Part shown: in pieces, positions 22,835-33,600 of the stretch
Layout of the letters: each line of letters opens with the position of its first letter
Position numbering within the stretch: the stretch's first letter is position 1
From: Macrostomum lignano
Lineage: Eukaryota
Assembly: GCA_002269645.1 (NCBI GenBank)
Contig: NIVC01000091.1
Span: forward strand, 1 to 34,470
DNA length: 34,470 bases
Direction: 5' to 3'
Notes under the pieces: model-generated
What the model was told of the DNA's origin: nothing
Seen by the model: only the letters and a program-made list of their open reading frames with translations
Databases searched by the model: none
Made by a program: the position numbers and the translations under genes

Positions 22835-23135
22835 CAGTGTTGTCGAAGTGCCTGTTGCCCCCCCCCGCGTGCTCATTTTTGCGCCGCAGGCACTCATTTT
22901 TGCGCCGCAGGCACTCATTTTAGCGCCGCAGGCACTCAGTTTAGCGCCGCAGGCACTCATTTTAGCGCCGCAGGCACTCATTTTAGCGCCGCAGGCACTC
23001 ATTTTTGCGCCGCAGGCACTCATTTTAGCGCCGCAGGCACTCATTTTAGCGCCGCAGGCACTCATTTTTGCGCCGCAGGCACTCATTTTAGCGCCGCAGG
23101 CACTCATGTTGGTCCCCCCGGTGGCGACGCCCCTG
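22835..23135. mobile_element. MITE-like insert carrying a 21-bp array (GCGCCGCAGGCACTCATTTTA, ~11 copies)
   Basis: The right end GGTGGCGACGCCCCTG is an imperfect inverse of the left CAGTGTTGTCG. The insert separates 41-bp satellite units at 22732-22790 from the main array. The array is certain; the element identity is not. Confidence 0.4.
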
Positions 23136-24995
23136 TAATCAGTGATAATTGGTCTCAGATCGTGAATTGGTCAACTTAATCAGTGATAATTGGTCTCAGA
23201 TCGGGAATTGGTCAACTTAATCAGTGATAATTGGTCTCAGATCGGGAATTGGTCAACTTAATCAGTGATAATTGGTCTCAGATCGGGAATTGGTCAACTT
23301 AATCAGTGATAATTGGTCTCAGATCGGGAATTGGTCAACTTAATCAGTGATAATTGGTCTCAGATCGGGAATTGGTCAACTTAATCAGTGATAATCGGTC
23401 TCAGATCGGGAATTGGTCAACTTAATCAGTGATAATTGGTCTCAGATCGGGAATTGGTCAACTTAATCAGTGATAATTGGTCTCAGATCGTGAATTGGTC
23501 AACTTAATCAGTGATAATTGGTCTCAGATCGGGAATTGGTCAACTTAATCAGTGATAATTGGTCTCAGATCGGGAATTGGTCAACTTAATCAGTGATAAT
23601 TGGTCTCAGATCGGGAATTGGTCAACTTAATCAGTGATAATTGGTCTCAGATCGGGAATTGGTCAACTTAATCAGTGATAATTGGTCTCAGATCGGGAAT
23701 TGGTCAACTTAATCAGTGATAATCGGTCTCAGATCGTGAATTGGTCAACTTAATCAGTGATAATTGGTCTCAGATCGGGAATTGGTCAACTTAATCAGTG
23801 ATAATTGGTCTCAGATCGTGAATTGGTCAACTTAATCAGTGATAATTGGTCTCAGATCGGGAATTGGTCAACTTAATCAGTGATAATTGGTCTCAGATCG
23901 TGAATTGGTCAACTTAATCAGTGATAATTGGTCTCAGATCGTGAATTGGTCAACTTAATCAGTGATAATTGGTCTCAGATCGGGAATTGGTCAACTTAAT
24001 CAGTGATAATTGGTCTCAGATCGGGAATTGGTCAACTTAATCAGTGATAATCGGTCTCAGATCGGGAATTGGTCAACTTAATCAGTGATAATTGGTCTCA
24101 GATCGGGAATTGGTCAACTTAATCAGTGATAATTGGTCTCAGATCGGGAATTGGTCAACTTAATCAGTGATAATTGGTCTCAGATCGTGAATTGGTCTAC
24201 TTAATCAGTGATAATTGGTCTCAGATCGGGAATTGGTCAACTTAATCAGTGATAATTGGTCTCAGATCGGGAATTGGTCAACTTAATCAGTGATAATTGG
24301 TCTCAGATCGGGAATTGGTCAACTTAATCAGTGATAATTGGTCTCAGATCGGGAATTGGTCAACTTAATCAGTGATAATTGGTCTCAGATCGGGAATTGG
24401 TCAACTTAATCAGTGATAATTGGTCTCAGATCGGGAATTGGTCAACTTAATCAGTGATAATTGGTCTCAGATCGGGAATTGGTCAACTTAATCAGTGATA
24501 ATTGGTCTCAGATCGGGAATTGGTCAACTTAATCAGTGATAATTGGTCTCAGATCGGGAATTGGTCAACTTAATCAGTGATAATTGGTCTCAGATCGTGA
24601 ATTGGTCTACTTAATCAGTGATAATTGGTCTCAGATCGGGAATTGGTCAACTTAATCAGTGATAATTGGTCTCAGATCGGGAATTGGTCAACTTAATCAG
24701 TGATAATTGGTCTCAGATCGGGAATTGGTCAACTTAATCAGTGATAATTGGTCTCAGATCGGGAATTGGTCAACTTAATCAGTGATAATTGGTCTCAGAT
24801 CGGGAATTGGTCAACTTAATCAGTGATAATTGGTCTCAGATCGGGAATTGGTCAACTTAATCAGTGATAATTGGTCTCAGATCGGGAATTGGTCAACTTA
24901 ATCAGTGATAATTGGTCTCAGATCGGGAATTGGTCAACTTAATCAGTGATAATTGGTCTCAGATCGGGAATTGGTCAACTTAATCAGTGATAATT
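23136..24995. repeat. 41-bp minisatellite (AATCAGTGATAATTGGTCTCAGATCGGGAATTGGTCAACTT), ~45 copies
   Basis: Very homogeneous. The TCTACTT variant recurs 410 bp (10 units) apart near 24198 and 24608. Confidence 0.97.
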
Positions 24996-25676
24996 GTTTG
25001 CACACCGTAAATGTTCAATCCTTAAGGAATTGCTCCGAGCTAAATAAAAATTAGAGACAACGTATAGTAGCTTGATAGATAAAATTTGGTATAATTTTTA
25101 TATGATTCTAGCTCTAAGTTTTATTGATGGAAACAAGAATCTAACAAATGTAATGCATTTTTAAGCATATTGATCACATACTCGTACAATACGCAAAAGT
25201 GCACAGCAAAACTGCAGTTTGTGGTTAATGGCTGCATGCGATTATGAAAAAAAACAAAAAAAATAGTATTGTAAAATGTTTATTAGTTTAAGTACGAGCT
25301 ACTACGGTTAATCATTTAGACATGCTAAATTTTGTCAGTTAAAAGAATTGTAAAATAGTAAATTTTAGGAGCAAAGACAGCAGGGTGTCTCAAATATTTT
25401 CTTTATTTATATATAGCTAGGAAATTAATTGATTTTGATTTTTTTTAATTGGAAGAAAAGATTTTAGAAATCGATGAATGCTGCGTTACTCCAAAAATTT
25501 ACTATTGACCAAAAATACAAATTTCAAACGTAAATAATAAGCAGCTATTGTGGTATAATATAAATAGTAATAACAATCATAATAACAGTGTAAAATTGTA
25601 GCAAAATAAATATATTCCAATCCTTGAAATTAGCTCGTCACATTATAACGAATTGTCAAGTAATCGGTAGTGCTGC

Positions 25677-25718
25677 TCAGTGCTTTTTTTGGCTTAGGAA
25701 TGCCTCGACACTGGGGTA
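25677..25718 (-). CDS. Giant repeat protein, probable terminal coding exon
   Basis: Acceptor TTTCCATTGCAG/25718, phase 0 matching the donor at 26216, reading YPSVEAFLSQKKH*. An AT-rich 3'UTR-like stretch follows. Confidence 0.6.
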   Translation of the reverse strand, partial: YPSVEAFLSQKKH

Positions 25719-25786
25719 CTGCAATGGAAATATTGTTTGGCATCGTTATTTACACCAATAAGATCAGTCTCGCCAAAATCACGATC

Positions 25787-26140
25787 CATGTCTCACCAAG
25801 CCAATCCATGTCTCACCAAGTCAGTCCATGTCTCACCAAGCCAATCCATGTCTCACCAGGCCAATCCATGTCTCACCAAGCCAATCCATGTCTCACCCAG
25901 GCCAATCCATGTCTCACCAAGCCAATCCATGTCTCACCCAGCCAATCCATGTCTCACCAAGCCAATCCATGTCTCACCCAGGCCAATCCATGTCTCACCA
26001 AGCCAATCCATGTCTCACCCAGCCAATCCATGTCTCACCAAGCCAATCCATGTCTCACCAAGACAATCCATGTCTCACCAAGCCAATCCATGTCTCACCC
26101 AGCCAATCCAGGTCTCACCAAGCCAATCCATGTCTCACCA
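25787..26140. repeat. ~20-bp intronic minisatellite (CCAAGCCAATCCATGTCTCA), ~18 copies
   Basis: Lies in intron 26216-25719. Explains ORFs 25670-26258. Confidence 0.95.
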
Positions 26141-26216
26141 AGTATTACACTCCTCGCTTACCAACAGAAATACGTATAGAAAAGCATTTAAAAGATCAAA
26201 AGCTCGAGAAGCTCAC

Positions 26217-26955
26217 CTGACCCGTCCTTGTATGCCGCCCGATTGTCATGCGCGCTGACTGCGGAGTCACCACGCCGCTGCCGCCGTACATCGACTGTTG
26301 AGCAGTCGCAGCTGACGTTGGCAGAGACTGAGGCTGCTGCTGATAGTAATGCATGTGGTGCTGCTGCAACGACGGCGGCTCGTAACTGCCGGTTCCAAAA
26401 CCGCTTGGTCGGGGTCTCAGGTGAATCGAAGGCGACAGTAGTTGGCCGCCACCGGTTGGCGTTGGCGGACTCAGTAGGTTGATGGAGTGATGCTGATGTT
26501 GCGACTGCAAGTGCTGCGAATGATGAAGTGAGCCGTGATGGGGAAACATCGACATCATCTGGTCCTCAGCTAGATCGTCTCCGGCTACAGAGGAGGCCAA
26601 GGAAGGCGGCTGCGACGGCACGTAACGTTCGACGTTCGACTGCGAGATGACAACGCTGCCGCGGTCCCCGAGCAGCACCGAGCCGTCCTCAGCTTCGAAA
26701 CGCCACTGGCCGCTGAGGCGCAGCTCCTGATGCTGCTGGTCATCAGTCGATAACGTCTGGACGCTGGCATCCGCAACGCGTCTGAGCTGGCGAATCACCT
26801 GGGTGAAGCTATCCGCCCCGATCACCTTGACCATCGTGCGAACGTCGAATTCAAAATTGCCCTCTTGCAGGCGAAGCATGCGCCAAACGTTTGAATTGTA
26901 CTTTAAGTCCGTCTGCACAGCCACCTCAGCGCGGTTTTTGCTCAGATTGTCCAAC
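26217..26955 (-). CDS. Giant repeat protein, penultimate exon (unique and H/Q/P-rich low-complexity region)
   Basis: GC-rich 246-codon open frame. Acceptor CTAACAAAG/26955 (phase 2), donor CAG/GTGAGC at 26216 (phase 0). No family recognised. Confidence 0.8.
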
Positions 26956-27692
26956 CTTTGTTAGATTGCAGATAGTAATTAAGTATTTAATTCACAGCTA
27001 CAGCTAGTCTAACCCAGACCAATTAGGTTTTGGGTCTCTTCTCAGCTCTCTTCTCTCATCTCTCATCTCCTCTTTCCTCTTCTCTCTCCTTTATTCCAGC
27101 TCGCTTAATAAACATTTATAAGAATGAAGGAATGAACGAACATCAAATATTTAATAAAGCAGTCGATGAACATTTTGGTTATTTTCAGGGCAGCTTGTAG
27201 AGATTTTTAGATTGACAGCCAGTTATATTTGTATTCGAGAGCAACACGCCTTTGTCCTGGCCTCTAAAGTGTTCAGTGGGCTCAAGACGGCGGGAATCAA
27301 TAATCATAAACTAGTCCAGAGGGTTGCTGTTACAACATGAATAAGACGTGAGCAGGTGTTCTTGGATGGCTGACCGTGTAGTGTACAAGTCTCGCTTGGT
27401 TTCCCCTATGTAGGGCATACTCTGGTCCCGATAGAGCGCTGAAACTTATAAACGATCACTTCAGTAATTGGTCGAGGAACTGTCTGTCTATCTAAACATC
27501 TCCGCAAGCTGCCCCTGAAGCTGACCAAAATGCTCGAAATGCATTTGCATAATGTTTTGTGTAAATAATATTTGACGTTTGTTCTTTCTTTCGTCATAGG
27601 ATGATCCGTCACCAGATTTTTCTAAATATGGACAGTTTTTGAAGTTTATTAAAAAAGCGCTTGAGTGTAACAAACAGCAATCAGACCCAAAC

Positions 27693-30600
27693 CTGAATCC
27701 GGAGATTTTTCCAATATTTAAACGATCCGAGATGGCTAGCAGGTCGGCCTCCGATTCAGTGTCAGTCTGGAACTCCGATTCTGTCATGGCATCCTCAGCG
27801 TGCTGCCCAGCACGCGGTAGCAGGTCCGGCGCAACGAGTCCCTCGGCTCCGGTCTCCGAAATCGAAATCGACGCCAGCGAAGGGCGACTAAAATTTGAGG
27901 CCGCTGGACGCCGAGAGACAGTCGTTGAGTCCGCCGAATCTGCCGACATCAGGCCGGAAAAAGTGAACGAGGCGCCGCGACTGATCTCCTCAGACTGCTC
28001 AGCTTGAGGCGAAGACGTCTCAAAAAATGTGCCACTTTCCACAGCTTTAGACACGCTGATTTGAGTGCCGCGGCTAAACAAACGCTTCACACCTTCAGCT
28101 CCAGAGTCTGTGACAAACGGACGAGACGGTTGCCCTGATCCATCAACGAAGGAAGCACTACTAGCAGTGCACGGAGTGCTGAATTGCACAACACTCTCGC
28201 CATCATTTCTTTCTCGGAAGCAACCGCTAGCTACAGCAAAATTCTCTAAGCACACTTTGACACAGGACTGATCCAGACTAAACTCCTTACAACAGCCGCT
28301 AACAGCTAGACGAGATTCCTCCTTGAATCGAACTATACTCTCCGAGGAAACAAGTTCACGGAAGCAACCATCAGAAACTACTGTCTTACTGTCCACATCC
28401 AAGAAAGACCGCATCTCGCTTTCAACGAAAACTTTTTCCCTAAAGAAACCACTGCCAGTGACAAGGGCCTCATCTTTAAACTGAACTCTACTCACGCTCA
28501 GGTGTGACTCTTTGTAGCAGCAAGTCGAACTGATTGCAACAGTTTGATCGTGATGCACCTGGCTTTGTAAAAACGCGGTCTCTCTGAAGCAACCGCTTCC
28601 GGTCACGGTGATCTCCTCCTTGAACTGCACTCTGCTCTCGTTGTAGCTCGTCTCTCTGAAGCAACCGCTTCCGGTCACGGCGATCTCCTCCTTGAACTGC
28701 ACTCTGCTTTCATTGAGACTCATCTCTCTGAAGCAACCGCTTCCGGTCACGGCGATCTCCTCCTTGAATCGCACTCTGCTCTCGTTGTAGCTCGTCTCTC
28801 TGAAGCAACCGCTTCCGGTCACGGCGATCTCCTCCTTGAATCGCACTCTGCTCTCGTTGTAGCTCGTCTCTCTGAAGCAACCGCTTCCGGTCACGGCGAT
28901 CTCCTCCTTGAACTGCACTCTGCTTTCATTGAGACTCATCTCTCTGAAGCAACCGCTTCCGGTCACGGCGATCTCCTCCTTGAACTGCACTCTGCTTTCA
29001 TTGAGACTCATTTCTCTGAAGCAACCGCTTCCGGTCACGGCGATCTCCTCCTTGAATCGCACTCTGCTCTCGTTGTAGCTCGTCTCTCTGAAGCAACCGC
29101 TTCCGGTCACGGCGATCTCCTCCTTGAATCGCACTCTGCTCTCGTTGTAGCTCGTCTCTCTGAAGCAACCGCTTCCGGTCACGGCGATCTCCTCCTTGAA
29201 CTGCACTCTGCTTTCATTGAGACTCATTTCTCTGAAGCAACCGCTTCCGGTCACGGCGATCTCCTCCTTGAATCGCACTCTGCTCTCGTTGTAGCTCGTC
29301 TCTCTGAAGCAACCGCTTCCGGTCACGGCGATCTCCTCCTTGAATCGCACTCTGCTCTCGTTGTAGCTCGTCTCTCTGAAGCAACCGCTTCCGGTCACGG
29401 CGATCTCCTCCTTGAACTGCACTCTGCTTTCATTGAGCTCGTCTCTCTGAAGCAACCGCTTCCGGTCACGGCGATCTCCTCCTTGAATCGCACTCTGCTC
29501 TCGTTGTAGCTCGTCTCTCTGAAGCAACCGCTTCCGGTCACGGCGATCTCCTCCTTGAATCGCACTCTGCTCTCGTTGTAGCTCGTCTCTCTGAAGCAAC
29601 CGCTTCCGGTCACGGCGATCTCCTCCTTGAATCGCACTCTGCTCTCGTTGTAGCTCGTCTCTCTGAAGCAACCGCTTCCGGTCACGGCGATCTCCTCCTT
29701 GAATCGCACTCTGCTCTCGTTGTAGCTCGTCTCTCTGAAGCAACCGCTTCCGTCACGGCGATCTCCTCCTTGAACTGCACTCTGCTCTCGTTGAGACTCA
29801 TTTCTCTGAAGCAACCGCTTCCGGTCACGGCGATCTCCTCCTTGAATCGCACTCTGCTCTCGTTGTAGCTCGTCTCTCTGAAGCAACCGCTTCCGGTCAC
29901 GGCGATCTCCTCCTTGAATCGCACTCTGCTCTCGTTGTAGCTCGTCTCTCTGAAGCAACCTTCCGGTCACGGCGATCTCCTCCTTGCACTGCACTCTGCT
30001 CTCGTTGTAGCTCGTCTCTCTGAAGCAACCGCTTCCGGTCACGGCGATCTCCTCCTTGAACTGCACTCTGCTTTCATTGAGACTCATTTCTCTGAAGCAA
30101 CCGCTTCCGGTCACGGCGATCTCCTCCTTGAATCGCACTCTGCTCTCGTTGTAGCTCGTCTCTCTGAAGCAACCGCTTCCGGTCACGGCGATCTCCTCCT
30201 TGAATCGCACTCTGCTCTCGTTGTAGCTCGTCTCTCTGAAGCAACCGCTTCCGGTCACGGCGATCTCCTCCTTGAACTGCACTCTGCTTTCATTGAGCTC
30301 ATTTCTCTGAAGCAACCGCTTCCGGTCACGGCGATCTCCTCCTTGAATCGCACTCTGCTCTCGTTGTAGCTCGTCTCTCTGAAGCAACCGCTTCCGGTCA
30401 CGGCGATCTCCTCCTTGAATCGCACTCTGCTCTCGTTGTAGCTCGTCTCTCTGAAGCAACCGCTTCCGGTCACGGCGATCTCTCCTTGAACTGCATCTGC
30501 TCTCGTTGTAGCTCGTCTCTCTGAAGCAACCGCTTCCGGTCACGGCGATCTCCTCCTTGAACTGCACTCTGCTTCATTGAGCTCATTCTCTGAAGCAACC

Positions 30601-33600
30601 GCTTCCGGTCACGGCGATCTCCTCCTTGAATCGCACTCTGCTCTCGTTGTAGCTCGTCTCTCTGAAGCAACCGCTTCCGGTCACGGCGATCTCCTCCTTG
30701 ATCGCACTCTGCTCTCGTTGTAGCTCGTCTCTCTGAAGCAACCGCTTCCGGTCACGGCGATCTCCTCCTTGAATCGCACTCTGCTCTCGTTGTAGCTCGT
30801 CTCTCTGAAGCAACCGCTTCCGGTCACGGCGATCTCCTCCTTGAAATGCACTCTGCTTTCATTGAGACTCATCTCTCTGAAGCAACCGCTTCCGGTCACG
30901 GCGATCTCCTCCTTGAATCGCACTCTGCTCTCGTTGTAGCTCGTCTCTCTAAGCAACCGCTTCCGGTCACGGCGATCTCCTCCTTGAACTGCACTCTGCT
31001 TTCATTGAGACTCATCTCTCTGAAGCAACCGCTTCCGGTCACGGCGATCTCCTCCTTGAATCGCACTCTGCTCTCGTTGTAGCTCGTCTCTCTGAAGCAA
31101 CCGCTTCCGGTCACGGCGATCTCCTCCTTGAATCGCACTCTGCTCTCGTTGTAGCTCGTCTCTCTGAAGCAACCGCTTCCGGTCACGGCGATCTCCTCCT
31201 TGAATCGCACTCTGCTCTCGTTGTAGCTCGTCTCTCTGAAGCAACCGCTTCCGGTCACGGCGATCTCCTCCTTGAACTGCACTCTGCTTTCATTGAGACT
31301 CATTTCTCTGAAGCAACCGCTTCCGGTCACGGCGATCTCCTCCTTGAATCGCACTCTGCTCTCGTTGTAGCTCGTCTCTCTGAAGCAACCGCTTCCGGTC
31401 ACGGCGATCTCCTCCTTGAACTGCACTCTGCTTTCATTGAGACTCATTTCTCTGAAGCAACCGCTTCCGGTCACGGCGATCTCCTCCTTGAATCGCACTC
31501 TGCTCTCGTTGTAGCTCGTCTCTCTGAAGCAACCGCTTCCGGTCACGGCGATCTCCTCCTTGAATCGCACTCTGCTCTCGTTGTAGCTCGTCTCTCTGAA
31601 GCAACCGCTTCCGGTCACGGCGATCTCTCCTTGCACTGCATCTGCTCTCGTTGTAGCTCGTCTCTCTGAAGCAACCGCTTCCGGTCACGGCGATCTCCTC
31701 CTTGAACTGCACTCTGCTTCTTGTACTCGTTTCTCTGAAGCAACCGCTTCCGGTCACGGCGATCTCCTCCTTGAATCGCACTCTGCTCTCGTTGTAGCTC
31801 GTCTCTCTGAAGCAACCGCTTCCGGTCACGGCGATCTCCTCCTTGAATCGCACTCTGCTCTCGTTGTAGCTCGTCTCTCTGAAGCAACCGCTTCCGGTCA
31901 CGGCGATCTCCTCCTTGAATCGCACTCTGCTCTCGTTGTAGCTCGTCTCTCTGAAGCAACCGCTTCCGGTCACGGCGATCTCCTCCTTGAATCGCACTCT
32001 GCTCTCGTTGTAGCTCGTCTCTCTGAAGCAACCGCTTCCGGTCACGGCGATCTCCTCCTTGAATCGCACTCTGCTCTCGTTGTAGCTCGTCTCTCTGAAG
32101 CAACCGCTTCCGTCACGGCGATCTCCTCCTTGAACTGCACTCTGCTCTCGTTGAGCTCGTTCTCTGAAGCAACCGCTTCCGGTCACGGCGATCTCCTCCT
32201 TGAATCGCACTCTGCTCTCGTTGTAGCTCGTCTCTCTGAAGCAACCGCTTCCGGTCACGGCGATCTCCTCCTTGAACTGCACTCTGCTCTCGTTGTAGCT
32301 CGTCTCTCTGAAGCAACCGCTTCCGGTCACGGCGATCTCCTCCTTGAACTGCACTCTGCTTCGTTGAGACTCATCTCTGAAGCAACCGCTTCCGGTCACG
32401 GCGGCGATCTCCTCCTTGAATCGCACTCTGCTCTCGTTGTAGCTCGTCTCTCTGAAGCAACCGCTTCCGGTCACGGCGATCTCCTCCTTGAACTGCACTC
32501 TGCTTTCATTGAGACTCATCTCTCTGAAGCAACCGCTTCCGGTCACGGCGATCTCCTCCTTGAATCGCACTCTGCTCTCGTTGTAGCTCGTCTCTCTGAA
32601 GCAACCGCTTCCGGTCACGGCGATCTCCTCCTTGAATCGCACTCTGCTCTCGTTGTAGCTCGTCTCTCTGAAGCAACCGCTTCCGGTCACGGCGATCTCC
32701 TCCTTGAATCGCACTCTGCTCTCGTTGTAGCTCGTCTCTCTGAAGCAACCGCTTCCGGTCACGGCGATCTCCTCCTTGAATCGCACTCTGCTCTCGTTGT
32801 AGCTCGTCTCTCTGAAGCAACCGCTTCCGGTCACGGCGATCTCCTCCTTGAACTGCACTCTGCTCTCGTTGTAGCTCGTCTCTCTGAAGCAACCGCTTCC
32901 GGTCACGGCGATCTCCTCCTTGAATCGCACTCTGCTCTCGTTGAGACTCATTTCTCTGAAGCAACCGCTTCCGGTCACGGCGATCTCCTCCTTGAATCGC
33001 ACTCTGCTCTCGTTGTAGCTCGTCTCTCTGAAGCAACCGCTTCCGTCACGGCGATCTCCTCCTTGAACTGCACTCTGCTTTCATTGAGACTCATCTTCTC
33101 TGAAGCAACCGCTTCCGGTCACGGCGATCTCCTCCTTGAATCGCACTCTGCTCTCGTTGTAGCTCGTCTCTCTGAAGCAACCGCTTCCGGTCACGGCGAT
33201 CTCCTCCTTGAATTGCACTCTGCTCTCGTTGTAGCTCGTCTCTCTGAAGCAACCGCTTCCGGTCACGGCGATCTCCTCCTTGAATCGCACTCTGCTCTCG
33301 TTGTAGCTCGTCTCTCTGAAGCAGCCGCTTGCGGTCACGGCGATCTCCTCCTTGAAATGCACTCTGCTTTCATTGAGACTCATCTCTCTGAAGCAACCGC
33401 TTCCGGTCACGGCGATCTCCTCCTTGAATCGCACTCTGCTCTCGTTGTAGCTCGTCTCTCTAAAGCAACCGCTTCCGGTCACGGCGATCTCCTCCTTGAA
33501 CTGCACTCTGCTTTCATTGAGACTCATCTCTCTGAAGCAACCGCTTCCGGTCACGGCGATCTCCTCCTTGAATCGCACTCTGCTCTCGTTGTAGCTCGTC

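Noticed and set aside
10937-24995. CRISPR-like arrays (35-bp, 41-bp and 30-bp repeats)
   Set aside because: Units are directly adjacent with no unique spacers, there are no cas genes, and the context is eukaryotic.
27488-27692. C-terminal extension of the 751-aa ORF (FGSDCC...EMFR)
   Set aside because: Composition turns AT-rich and a phase-matched donor at 27692 joins the next exon, so this is probably intron read-through.
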